From Amoebophrya sp. A120 (Eukaryota > Protista > Dinoflagellata), in the NCBI GenBank assembly GCA_905178155.1, contig CAJINV010000015.1:973907-1037906 (forward strand): DNA of 64,000 bases, in the 5' to 3' direction. Positions 33,301-47,300 of the stretch are shown here, one piece after another (position 1 is the stretch's first letter; every line of letters starts with the position of its first letter). The notes under the pieces are model-generated. The model had not been told where the DNA came from, ran no database searches, and saw only the letters and a list, made by a program, of their open reading frames with translations. Position numbers and translations under genes: made by a program.

Positions 33301-35355
33301 GAAAGGAGGAGGGTTGTTTGATTCTAATGTGAGATGAAGACTAAAAGTATCAACCAAGAGCCGCCTGATGTTTTTGGGGTTTCTGTTTGCTGACATCTGC
33401 TATTCGTGTTCCTATCACTCTTCTTTGCTGCTGTAAGCCTAGTAGTTGTTGTTGCTCGGCATGGTACAAAAATTCCTCGTGTTCATCTCATCCTAGACGG
33501 CGGATCACCGCTACATGTCCAAATCGAGGAACTATTTTTCCCAACACTTTGCGTTTGCACTTGCAGAACTTCATCGGCGTAAGTAATTCATTTTCATTTA
33601 GGACGAGCGACAAATAAGAGGACCACGGTGTAGCAAGTGCAAAGAGCAAACTTCAGTTCTCAGCTCATCAAGTTAGCGACAGCGGACTTTTTCAAATTAA
33701 TACAATACTACTTCAGATCGGCGATGAAAAAGCTCCGGAGTAACTTCAGTACTAAGGTGTTCCTGTTTGACCACCCTTGTAAGAGTCTCTTCGTCGCTTG
33801 CTTGATAAGGTATCTTCTTCCTCGAAGGCGTTCTTCCTGTGGAAGATTTTTATTGGTCAAAAATACTTCTAGCTTTCTTCTCGGTGAAACGGGGGTAATA
33901 CTGCGGCAAATTTTGCACTTTCTATGTAAACGTGCTTCTAAGATTTGTTTTTCGTAGTAGCGAAGTTGTAATTAAGTTAGTACTCATGATGGGCGCCATT
34001 CATGTTGAGTGGCCAAAAAGCTGCGGAGACAAGGGGGTCCCTCGAAACCACGTAGTAAACTTTCCCTTTTCACAACTGTGCGTTGCAACTCTCTACTGCA
34101 GAAGCTGATGTGCTAAGTACGTTGATGTTGATCGGAGGTACCATACGCAGCACAACCTATCAACATTCCGTGGCAGGAGCTCAAGGACACTAGAATCGGA
34201 TTGATTTTTGTACCCAAGAACGACTACGACGTGTAATTTCTGATCTGCTCGTACAACAGACTGGACAACAACATCACCGCTGCAAAAAGAAGAACTACAA
34301 ATGCTGGCCGCTAGTATCTTCAGGAGTACTATTTACAACTAGAGGCTACGTCTTTCTGATATATAATACGAAACTTCGAGACGAGATGAGTACTTAAGCT
34401 TATACTTTCTTAATTTTTGTGCCATTATTCGCGCCAGAAGTTTGAGTCATAGATCTTGATGCAGGAAATATCAAATGCGCATTGACATTTATAATTCCCG
34501 CACTACGACTACAGACACTATCCCGATGGGGTACTACACCGGGATGATGTAGTAGACAGTAGGTTTCAGCTAAGCAGCGAGCGAAAATTTTAGAATCATG
34601 GCACGGCTGCTGCTCAGAGAAGGTCAACTACTAACTTCTGCTTGCTTCGCTTGTCGTGCAAGAACTTGTTCTGTGACAACATTACTAAATATTTCGCAAA
34701 TCAAATCTCGGTCTGCAAACTGACTCTGGGGGTCGACATACTTGAAAATAATTTGAAAAGACCAAAATTACGTGCTAAAAAAAAAAAATGGAATACCGGG
34801 CTCTTGCTCTGACTAGAAGGTTGTGAAGCACCAGTTTGATTTTGATGGATAGCAAAAGGAAGAAAGAGAAAATGGTTTCACGGTGGTGCGAAGGAATGGA
34901 CTTCGGTTTCTTTTTCGAAACAAGGAAATTGATTTTTTTTTTTTGTGAAAAGATAACGCTGAAGCGATTTTTTGGAAGTGCCACTCACTGTAACTGTTCA
35001 TGGAAACAAAGAAATGAATAGTAAAATCAAAAGAATCATACACTTTTTTAGGTTGAAATTGCCTTCCGTTTACAGTTTTTTTTCGAGTTTTGTTCTTTCT
35101 TGTCATCTTCTTCTTGTAGACTCGAAGGCTTTGTAAATTGTAATTGTGGCTCACGTACTTTGTCAAATTCTAATACATACAGCAGGATCGGCTTCGGACT
35201 TGCATCAACATCTGCTACTTTTCAGTTTTACGCATTGAGATACCTTTTTTTTTGCTCTGCACAATTCAAGGGGGCCGACGCCCCCCGTCCTCCCGCCGAG
35301 ACTTCTGCGCATAACACTTTCGACGAATTGAAATTTGCGCCTCCTTTTGGCGTTT

Positions 35356-38300
35356 TCAGCAGCAGCCGAGAAAACCGCCGGAGGACTCGGTTTTTTCCTG
35401 TATCGCGAGCAGAAATCCCCCCCCCCCATATTGGCAAGGTGCGTTTTCGAAAATTTGCGTTGCTGATTTGTGACCACAAATCGTCTCTGTGTTGCATGAA
35501 GGCAACTCTACAGGCTCCGCCGCATAATTCTACAGGCGGTTTGTCACGCTGTTGCTCCTACAGCGTGGACGTCTGTCATGCTAAGGGCCTAGGCCAAACC
35601 CTGTCTAGTACTCAGGTGGCTTGATATGGGCCATTAGATGTTGTCCTCACCAGCAAGACAAATCTGATTTGTGTACGCAAATCCAGCATCAGAAACTTTG
35701 TTTCGATATGGGGAGGGGTGATTTTTCATTCTGATATCCTCCTCCTCTTCCTTTTCTCCGTCGCCACCCCCGCCAATAGCATCCCCTGGGTTAGCCACCA
35801 GATTCCCCAAGCTGGCGACCGTTTCGATCGCCCCGCCGCTGCAGGTTCCCGCCAGAGGAGACGATTCTGTCGCGTTCCCTTCGAAGTTGCACCCGTAGAT
35901 GAGGCACTGCACCGGGTTGTAGCTGAGCATGCTGCAGTCCCTTTGCTTGTCCGCCCCAACGCAGACTTTCATGTATCAAAAGGAAAAATCCCCCCCTTCC
36001 ATATCAAAAGGAGATTTCTGATGCGCGATTTGTGTACACAAATTCACCTGTAGTATTGCTGGAAGGCAACGAGAGACATCACCCACAGCCTACCTCTAGG
36101 CACTTTGTCATGCTGTTCTGGGCAATGCAGTTGGTTCCTGTCATGCTGAAGATGCAAGGCTTACACGCGCCAGCCAGCATTGCATTACAGCCCGCAGCGA
36201 TCTCTTCCCTTCTAGCATGACAAAGTGATTTGTGATCACAAATCATGCTAGACAAATTCCACTTTGAGTATGGGGGGTGAGGGATCTTTCCTCATGATAT
36301 CATGCGGTCCGTGTTCGGAGACAAGTTCTCGGTTGCAAAAACGCCCTTCCAATACTCCAAGCCGGCTTTGCATGGAAGTGTCAGGATTGAAATCGTGAAA
36401 GTTGAAATGATTTGTCATGCATAAAATGCAAGGCATGAAGTGCCTGTCTTGCCGAGATAGCAAGTGAGGCAGATTGTGAGCCTATTTAGGGTTTGGGACA
36501 GAGCTGCTAGAGGAGCATGACAAAAGCAGTCTTCTGTGCCCAAACAGCATGTCACACTGGATTTGGACGGTTGCGAAATTTGTCATGCGCCGCTTGGAAA
36601 TTGGGCTTCCAACTGGTATCGATTTTATGCATCACAAGTTATTTCAACTTTGTCAATTTCAATCCTGACACAACCATACTTTGCTCGCTTCGCCCAGCAT
36701 CAGGTGCGTCCCCACGTATGAACTGCAAACGTATCGCACTAGTAGTAATTGCAATACAAATTAGCTCAGCACGACAAATGCGGTTTGTCATGCTGTTTTG
36801 ACTTGGGATGGAGATTTGTAATGCATGACTGCGATTACTATGAGTACGATACTTTTGCACAGCATACCACGCCCCCGCCGTCAATGAGCGAGACCAGCTC
36901 CGCACGGTCCAACTGGACATTATCAAATACAAGTATGTCTAGGTCTGGAAGCTTCCGAGACTTGTAATGCAGATTTTGCATGTTGACCCAGAACGTCTGC
37001 AATCGATGACCTAGCATCACAGATTTTTAGAGGGCTCCTTCCGGTTCATCCGGATGCCTAATCCGCATGACAAATGCCCTCCCCGCGTAGCACAAACGAG
37101 ACTTCTCTTGCTGATCATGCAATACAGATTTTTTTGGAGTCCAGAGTTATAGCATCACAAGCTCCAACCTTCCAGACCCAGACATTTTTGCATCTGATAG
37201 ACATCAGACACAGACAACGCGACCTGGACGAGCGAGTAGTCCACAAACTTGCAGTGGCTGGAGGTGGGGCAAAACTCTTCCAGGTCCAGCGGTATGCACT
37301 GCAAAAGTATCGTAGTAATTGCAGTCACGCATTCTTCTAAAGGTAAATCCGCATTACAAATTTTATTTCTCATGCTAAGGAAATTTGTAATGCATTTACA
37401 CGAGTATCGGATACTTATTTTACACTGCATAAGCGGCGATTGCTCGTACTGCAGGGTGACGGCGAAGCACTCGTCGTGCGTGTAAGAGATCGGGGCCCCG
37501 GCACTACCGACTTGCTCCAAAGTGTGCACGGCGTCCTGTAGTCCGTCAAGCCTTCCAACTTCGGCCAGTTCTATGAAGGTACGTCCGTCAGTAATAGACT
37601 ACAGTGGCACGCTTTTCAAAGTAGATGCCGCATCTACTTTTTGGTAGATACGGCTTTTAGAAATTTTGAAAATTGTATCTCCTTTCATTTCGGGCATTTT
37701 GGGATTGCTCCTTGGTTTTTCAAGGATCAATCCTTGGTAATCCAAGGATCAATCCTTGAAAGCCAAGGATTGATCCCAAAATGACCGAAATTGAAGTAGA
37801 TATGGTATTGGGAAGAAGACGCAAGCAATTTGCTGTCTCGACAACGAAAAAGAGTGCGCCACGTTGTCAGAGACAGCAAATCGCCTAAGCAAGACGAAGA
37901 AGGAGCACCCAGCAAGCAAGAAATGGGCCGCGACGATACCAGGTCCGTGCATCCAACTCCGTGGCCGGGCACTGCGCAAAGAAAGTGCTAAAGCAATCGC
38001 AAAGAGGGCGCTACTCTCGTCTTTGACTTTGGAAAAACAATCGCCGCGGGGCGTCTTCGCCCCGGTCAGGGTGCCTGCGTCCTGCAGGTGGGCTCCGACC
38101 CCATTGGCGCGCCGTGCCTTGCTTCTGCGCACGCGCCCCGCTGTTGTGTTTCTCTTGGGTTCGCTCTCGTTGATGGCTATGGCATTGCTATCGGCATGAC
38201 CACTATGAGACGAGGGCGCAGACACTGTCTGTGGCCTTGGCGCGCGGGCGTGTTCCTGTGTGTGTATGGGAATAAGTATGGCATGCGCGCGAGCACAATG

Positions 38301-41300
38301 AATGGCAGCCAAAGGGGAAGAAGGCCGCCACGGCTCTTCCTTGTTTGCGTTTAGGCCTTGCGCCTTTGTTTTCCAGTGCGGCTGTTTTGAATAATTTTAC
38401 TAGCACCCGGGAACCGGAAGCAAAGCCCAAAGCTGAGGCTTTCCCGACGGCCAAATCTCATACCCGCGAGCACGGAGTGAGATTTTCCCAGCCCCAAAGC
38501 GAAAATCTCGCGCCCTGGTGTCCAGGGCATGAGATTTTCGCTTTCCCGGCTCCAAAGTCTCATACTCGCGAACAGGGCATGAGATTTCCCCAGCTCCAAC
38601 ACCCCATGCCCTGGTGGCCAGGGTATGAGATTTTCCCGGGTCCGAAACATTATACCCGCGAGCAGGGCGTGAGATTTTCGCTTTCCCCGCTCCAAAATCC
38701 TGCTCCAATGGCCTCAGCAGGCCAGGGCGTGAGATTTTGCCAGCTCCAAAAGATCACGCCCTGGTGGCCAGGGCACGCTGGAGATTTTCCCGGCTTCAAA
38801 AAATCACGCCCGCGGGCAGGGCATGAAAGTTCTCCGGCTTCAAAACTTACGCCCAGGTGGCGAGGGCAAAGAGATTTTCCCAGCTCCAAAATCTCATGCC
38901 CGGGTGGCCAGGGTGGGCGTGAGATTTTCCCGGCTTCGAAAAATCATGCCCGCGAGCAGGGCATAAAATTTTTCCGGCCGAAAATCTCACGCCCTGGGGG
39001 CGGGGGTCGGTGTAAGATTGTCCTGGCTCCAAAGTCTCTTGCCCTGGTGGCGAGGGCATTGGGTTTCCTCGGCTCCAAAGTCTCATACTCGCGAGATGGG
39101 CATGAGGTTTCTCCGACTCCGAAAGCCCATGCCCACGAGCAGGGCACGCAGGAGATTTTCCCGACGGCAAAATCTCACGCCCTAAGGTTCACGAGCCACA
39201 CCACTTAAGCCAAGAAAGCCGAAAAAGCAATCTCAAATCGACTCCCCTGTCGTCTACCAAAACCCGCAACGCCTCCCCTTCCCCAGGCCAACCCCCCCGC
39301 ACCCCAATCCGGCCTCCACCTTCCCGCGCCCGGGAAGTTCCACCCTCCCGGGCCCGGCCTTCTCCGTCACGGAGTGGGTCTCCTCCTCCGTCCTGCGCCT
39401 GGCCTCCTCCTCCCTCGGTCGCGCCCGCCCTCCCCTTCCCCGCGCCCGAATTCTACCTTCCTTCCCGCGGGCGCCCGGCCTCCGTCGGCCTCTCCGAACC
39501 CGGGCGACCGCGATTCTGGAGCCGGGGAAACCCAACACCCTCGCCACCAGGGCATGACATTGCGGAGCCGGAAAAATCTCGCGCCCTGCTCGTCGTGGGG
39601 GTGTGTGAGGTTTTGGGGCGGGGAAAATCTCACGCCGTGCTCGCGGGTATGAGTGAGATTTGGGGGCCGGGAAAATCTCATACCATGGCCGCGCGAGGCT
39701 TCGGAGGGGGCTGGGAAGATCTCAAGCCGTGCTCGCGGGTATAAGATTTGGGAGCCGGGGAAGTTTCATGCCCTCGCCGCCAGGGCATGAGATTGCGCTG
39801 CACGGAACATCTCACGCCCACGAGCAATCAGGGCGTGAGATTTACAGCCGGGAAAACCTCATGCCCACGGGCAGGGCGTGAGATTTTGGGCCCCGACAAC
39901 TCTCATGCCCTGCTCGCGGGCATGAGATTTTGGAGCCGGGAAAATCTGCCGCGCGCCCTGCTCGTGGGCGTGAGGTTTCAGAGCCGGGAGAACCTCACGC
40001 CCTCGCCACCAGGGTATGAGATTTTGGAGCCGTGAAAACCTCACACCCTCGCCACCAGGGCGTGAGATTTTGCAGCTGGGAAAATCTCCTGCGTGCCCTG
40101 CTCGTGGGCATGCGATTTCAATTCGGAGTCGGAAAAATCTCATGCCCCGCTCGCGGGTATGAGATTTTGGAGCCGAGAAAACCCCACGCCCTCGTCACCA
40201 GGGCATGAGACTTTGGACCCGGAAAAACCTCACGCCCTCGCCGCCAGGGCGTGAGATTTTCGGCCGGAAAAGTAAAGACCTCGCGCCCTGCTCGCGGGCA
40301 TGATTTTTTGAAGCGGGGAAAACCTCACGCCCTGACCACCCGGGCATGAGATTTTGGAGCTGGGAAAATCTCATGCCCTCGCCACCAGGGCGTGAGATTT
40401 TGGAGCCGGAGAAATTTCATGCCCTGCTCGTGGGCATGATTTTTTGAAGCCGGGAAAATATCACGCGTGCCCTGGCCACCAGGGCATGAGCTTTCGGAGC
40501 TGCGAAAATCTCACGCCCTGCTCGCGGGTATAATATTTCGGACCCGGGAAAACCTCACGCCCTGGCCACCAGGGCATTGGGTTTCGGTGCTGGGCGAATA
40601 AATCTCATGCCCTGGCCGCCAGGGCGGGAGGTTTCGGAGCTGGGAAAATCTTACTCCGTGCTCGCGGGTATGAGATTCCTTTGGGGGCCGGGAAGGTCTC
40701 ACTTCGTTCCGGTGCCCGGGTGCGAGTAAAATTATTTTAAAGAGCCGCGCTGGAAAAGAAAAGAGCAAGAACTGAACTCAAACAAGGAAGAGCCGCGGCG
40801 GCCTTCTTGCCCTTTGGTTGCCATTGTGCTCGCGCGCCTGCCATGTTTCTTCTCATACACGCACAGGCACACGCCCGCGCGCCAAGGCCACCGACAGTGT
40901 CTGCGCGCGCCCCCGTCTCATAGTCATGCCGATAGCAATGCCACAGCGACCAACGAGAGCAAACCCCAGAGAAACACAACGGCGGGGCGCCGCGCGCCAA
41001 TGGGGCCGGAGCCCAATGCCAGGGCGCAGACACAGACACTGAGCGAAGACGCCCCACGGCAATTCTTTGCTCCTTCGAAGACGAGAGCGCTTGCGTTGCG
41101 ATTGCTTTAGCACTTTCTTTGCGCAGTGCCCGGCCAAGGAGTTGGATGCACGGCCCTGGTATCGTCGCGGCCCATTTCTTGCTTGCTGGGTGTTCCTCCT
41201 TCGTTTTGCCTAGGCGATTTGCTGTTTCTGACAACGTAGCAGACCCTTTTTCGTTGTCGAGACAGCAAATCGCTCGCGTGTTCTTTCAAAAACCGTATCT

Positions 41301-44300
41301 ACTTCAATTTCGGCTATTTTGGGATCAGTCCTTGGCTTTCAAGGATTGATCCTTGGACTACCAAGGATAGATCCTTGAAAAACCAAGGATCAGTCCCAAA
41401 ATGCCCGAGATCAAAGTAGATACAATTTTCAAAATTTCTAAAAACCGTATCTACCAAAAAGTAGAAACGGTATCTACTTTGAAAAGCGTGCCACTGTAGT
41501 CTAAACTGACGGACGTACCTTCATAGCCAGTTCCTCATCCGCAACCAGGGCCGCGAAGCTCACGATGACGCTTTCAACCAGAGCCTCACCGTCACCAGAT
41601 CGCGCCGCCATGTTCACGGCGCCTCTGAAGAGGCTGCACTATGGGACTCTCAAACGTTACACTCTTAACTGGTGCATGAATTTGCCATGCAGAATCACTA
41701 TCACGCTTCTCACGATCAAGCTTCTTCGCATGAAAAATTGTTGTTCTCGGCAAGCTAAATAGCATTGCAATTTGTGTAATGCAAGACGCGCAAGGTCCCC
41801 CCTTTGACTTTTGCAAATATTCTTGCATCACAAATTCATGTAACGGTTGAGAATGTAACGTCTGAGAACGCCATATGCACTGAATCGGCCTGATCCACGA
41901 CACGGGGCTCCTCGCCGGGGCTCCTCGCACATCCGCTTCCGCAATGCCAAAAATGGTCATGAGGTGGGCCCTGAGCGCCCTAGCGTCGCTGCCAGCCATC
42001 TCCACCGCTTTCGCCAGGTGTTCAATCTGAACCGCCGGGACATCAAGAAGGATGCATCCTTTGACAGTATGGAGGGATTTGCAAAAGTTACACTCTAAAA
42101 CTGTTGCACGAATTTGCTGTCCTCTCATGCAAGAACAGCATCTTCAACTTATTTAACAGTGAATGTATCTATATAAGGTGCAAGGTTCTTGCAGCTCTCG
42201 TCCCGACACAAATTTGGCCCAGATAAAAATTTCGATGCGGTTTTTTAGAAGCCGCCTTCGAAGGTTTGTCCTCATGCGAAGTTGTTGTAAGCAGCTTGAT
42301 CGCCTGGCGGATTCATTCTGGTAAAAATTTTGCATGACAAAAATTCATGTAACAGAGGAGAATGTAACAGTTGAGATGATGAGATGTATCCCATAAACAG
42401 GTGGCAGCCTGCGCGGATCGTAGGCTTCCTGCCACTCCGGAAGCCTGGACGTGCAGGAAATGTCCGCGGTTTCGGTGGGCGTAAAAGTAGCCGGATCGAT
42501 GTCGTCCGAGTTCGCCTGACACCAACCACCACCATTGGCCGAAATACAGTTTTCCACCTTCTCCGCCGTAGTTACGCCAATGTTGCTCTGCTCTAGACAT
42601 TATCCTGTGCAAAAGTATGAGTATCGTACTCGAACTCGTAGTAATAAATAAAATTCTAAAAATTGCGATCATGCATTACAAATCTCTCTCTTAAGGCAAC
42701 TCAGCATTTACAAATTTCATTTTTCACGCTGAGGAAATATATAATTTGTAATACATTTATACAAGTATCGGATACTTTTGCATTGCATAGACATCTGTAG
42801 TGCGCGAGATGCACTTCCTCCGCCTCGAAGCACTTCCCAATAAATTGCGCGGTTTTCACCATCCAGCCCTTTTCCAGCGTATTCGCGTCGCCCCACACAC
42901 ACTTCTTAGCCGCCACGCCCATGACCCAGTGCCCCGTCGTCAAACCGTTGCACGCCTTCTCCGCTGCCACCATGTCCATGCCATTGGTGTTGACGTCACG
43001 GCATTCCATCGGTGTTCCGATCACCTTTTGCTTTATTTTCGGCTTGCAGACATTGTTGATGTTGTCCCAGGAGCAGGATGCAAGCCTCTCGCAGTCGCCT
43101 GCTTCCGTCGACCCTGCACAGAACGACAAGGGGGGGCTCACGGTGATGATGGTCTCAATATCATTTCCCTCAGGTTTCGCTCCGAACATAGGCTTCGGGT
43201 TATTGAGAGGAAAAATCCCCCCTCCCGATATTGAATACGATATGTTTGTGTTGCTGATTTGTGACCACAAATCAGCCGTGTCTTGCAAGGCGACAAGTGC
43301 AGAGGCTGCATCCGCCCAATTGTGCAGCGATTTGGCATGCTGTTGGTCCTAGAGGGTAGCCGTTTGCAATGCTGAACAACTAGACCTGAGCGCTCCCACC
43401 CAGGCTGCCAGACATCTGGCAGGACGAGTGCCGTGCTGCAAGACATCAAGTCGGATTTGGTTACACAAATCAGCATCAGAAGTTTCCACTTTGATATGAG
43501 GAGGGGGGATTTTTCATTTTGATACGGGTTGGGCAGCTTCGACACGCACTTGATGGTCTGGTCCGGGTACGCAGTGAGGTTCCACTTTCCGTCGACCCTC
43601 GTATGGCGTTCTCAACTGTTACATCCTCAACTGTTACATGAATTTGTGATGCTAAAACAACCGCACCGACATTGCCATTGTCCGGCGTCGCTGGGGAGGC
43701 AAGCCTCCGCAGGGGCCAGAGCGGCATAGGGTCAGAGCCAAATGAATTTGTGATGCAAGAATGGCAAAACTCAAAGCAGGAAGGTTGCACCTGTAGCATT
43801 ACAAATTCCGCACAGATTTAGGCGCTTTTTAGCCTTGCAAAAATTTGCCATGCGAAGTAGCTTCACCTTGTGGATGTTGATGCTCATTTTGCATGACAAA
43901 TCATGTAACAGTTGAGAATGTAACGTTTGAGAGTCCCATACCTCGGGATGGCATCGTCGAAGGTAGCCTTGCAGGACGCCGCAAGCGCGGTTTCGCACTG
44001 GGCCTTCCCGTCGACCCCCGTGCCACCGCCGTACGCCGGGCAACCCAGCAGCGCGGCCATCAGCCGCTGACCGCTGTAGCACTGCGGGGGAGGCATGTCG
44101 CCGGTTTTAGTATGGATTGAAAAAGTAGTGTCTGGGTCCGGAAACTTGTGATGCTGGGTGGCGTATCATGAAGAGGCCACAAGTGCTGGCTCACCATGAC
44201 AAGCTTTTGAGCTTCTAGGTGTTGGCGTTGCCTATTCTGCATGACAAGCTGCGTTTCTGCATCACAGCAAAATGGGGCTCTTGGGTAACGTGCATGACAG

Positions 44301-47300
44301 ATTTAAGAGTCATGCCAGACAAGCATGACGAACATGCACTCTTCCAGACTCAGACATATTTGCATTTGATACTTAGTACTCCGCCGCGAGGATGAAGATG
44401 ATCTATCAAATGCAAAAGTGTCTGGGTGTGCAATGTTGCCGGGTTTGTCGTGCAAATTTTGCATGGCCCAGGATGTCTGTAATGCACGACCTAGCATCAC
44501 AGATTTTTAGAGGGCTTCCTGATGGCTACTCCGCATGACAAATGCCCTGCAAGCGTTGCACAAACTAGATTCCTGCTCTTGCTGGTTATGCAATACAGGT
44601 TTTTTTAGAGTCCAAAGTTAGCATCACAAGTTCCAACCTTCCAGACCCAGACATTTTTATATTTGATATGATCCCAACTCCAGCAAACTGGCGTCTGACG
44701 GAAGCGGTTGCGGATTCTCCTGGAGCGGGAGCAGAATCGCGTCCTCGATTGTGTTCCCCAGCTGACATATCGAATGCAAACATGTCTGGGTCTGGATGAG
44801 TGCAGAAGTTTGTCATGCATCTTTTGGATCACGCAAAGAAATGGTCTGGTCTCTAATGCACGCAAAAGCATTACAGGTTTTATTGCGCAGGCCTCTTGAT
44901 CCCTAATCCACATGAGAAAATCCCTAGTTGCGCAGCAAGAAATGGCCAGCTTTTGGCGTTCACCAAATACAAATTTTTGCCTATTCCAGAAGCCGCGTCA
45001 CAGTTTCTTGGAACCTTCCAGACCCAGAGATATTTGCATTTGATATGACAGTCGACTTTGCCATCGTCGTCCACGTCCGTTTCCTCGCACTCAATTACTT
45101 GAAACGGTTTCAGTGTTTTGCACCCTTCTTCCAACGGGGATGAGACCAAAGAGTCGAACGCCGACAAGTCGGCCTGTTGCGGATTCGCGCCCCCACCAAC
45201 GCCCATGGCTGTGACAATCTGGTAATCGTCGCTGTGCACGGAATATTCTGTGCAAAAGTATCGCACTCGTATAAATGCAAGTCTTGCATTGCAAATATTT
45301 TTCTTAACGTAAATCAGCATTACAAATTTTATTTCTCATGCTGAGGAAATTTGTAATGCATTTATACGAATGCGATGCTTTTGCAGTTCATACGGAAACG
45401 CACGCTTTTCCTCCCGCGCTATTTACCACGACACGACAGTTATGGAAGCGTCAGGATCGAAATCGTCAAAGTTGAAATAATCTGTGATGCAGAAAAGCGA
45501 TACAAGCTGGAGCCCAGTTTGCAAGTGGCGCATGACAAATTTTGGGAGCATGGAATTGGAAATCGAATTTGTCATGCTGTTTGCGCAGAGAAGACTGCTT
45601 TTGTCATGCTATCTTAGCAGCTCTACCTCACACCCCAACAAACAGGCTGATGATCGGCCTCAGTTGCCTGCTCTGCAAGACAGGCCCTTTGCGTCTAGCA
45701 TTTTATGCGTCACAAACTATTTCAACTTTGACGATTTCAATCCTGACACTTCCATAACAATCGAACTGCGCGTACATCGTGCCGTCCGGGTCTCGCAGCC
45801 ACTTATGGGGTTTTCAAACGTTACGCTCTCAACTGTTTTTACACGATTTTTTACGCAGCATTCTTGCCATTCATATCTTTATCTCCACGATCTTCAAGCT
45901 GCTTCGCGTAACAAGTTTTTATCGACGCGCCAAATAGAATCAAAATCTACTGCGCCAAGAAACCTGTAGTGGTATATGCATTTAAAGCGCAAGCTCCCTC
46001 CGTTTCGTTCGCTTTGTCTGTTCTTGCAGCACAAATTATTCATGTAACAGCTTTGAGAGTTGTCCCGTACCACTGCCGAAAGTCGTCGCTGCTGCTGCTG
46101 CTGCTGCAGCAGTGATGTTGGTTGGAAGCCCGAAAACGGCCGAAAATTGGCGCACCACACTAAACGGCTCGCAACAAGCTTAGAATGCGACACCCTTGAA
46201 AGGCGATGGGAAACACTAACACAGAGAGAAAGTGGTGGGCGGGACCATGTCCGCAGCCGACGCCCTAAAATGGGCCGGGCCTGCAAATCCCGGAAGACGG
46301 TCCGATATGATGCTGAAAGCCGGAAAGTAAAACAGCCTGAAAGCGGGCCACGATTATGATGCTGGGGGCGGATACGTGGAGAGGACGTCAATTGATACAC
46401 TCAGCCACCCCAACAACAGGTCAAGGCGAAACTGAAAGACGGCATCCTGAAACGGGCACAGACCCTGAAAGATTGTCGACATGAAGTCGGAACTTGGCAA
46501 TCTGAAGTGGGCGGAAACTTTACACCCTGAGACGGGCGCCAAAGATGTGCTGCAACAGGCAGTCTGAAAGAAAATTGCAACTCACCGCACAGCGCGGCTG
46601 TTCAATAAAATAGGACCCTTTGACCAATACCGGCCTTCCTACGACTGTGAAGCATCGCCGGCCACTGAAGTGCCAGTAGATGCAGATGCGGAAAAAAACG
46701 CGCTAGGGTGCGCAAAAATGATTGATGGCGTCTGTTCATGTCGCAGGACATGCTTGTTGGTTGCAGACCAGACTGCAGCTCTTGTAGAGGGCATGTGTGT
46801 TGGTAACAGCTTTGAGAGTCCTCCCGTACCACTGCCGAAACGAAGATCGCGGAGGTGGCGCTACTAATATCCTGTGCAAAAGCATCGTTGCTTGTTGTGC
46901 TTACTAATTGCAGTCATATCCATGACAAGTCTGCTTCTCAAGCAATATTAAAATGAGCACGACGTCGAACTCAGTTTGTAATGCTGAGCGACTTTGATGT
47001 AATGTAATTTCTTTCGCCGGCGATAAGCGCACAGGCAGAGCTGGAAAGCAACTTCCTGCCGTTGCGCGATATAAGGGGGGCTTCAGTTTCTATTTATATT
47101 AATGCGAAACCGAAAGCGATTTCTACTAAAATGCTTTCCACAGCATCTGTGGCGTACCGCCGCGGAGCGGCTTCGCGAAGGGCCGTGATGAATGCAGAAA
47201 GAAATAACCAAACCACCACCATACCGTGGGGGGAGCAGAAGCGCGGGCCGCCTTTTCCCTGCGCTGAGTAATGGGGGGGAGGGGGGGGATGCCGATGCAT

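Noticed and set aside
38345-40768. 287-aa ORF and repeat arrays as a transposase or CRISPR array
   Set aside because: No DDE motif; repeats are degenerate, of mixed orientation and lack unique regular spacers; no cas genes; eukaryotic context.
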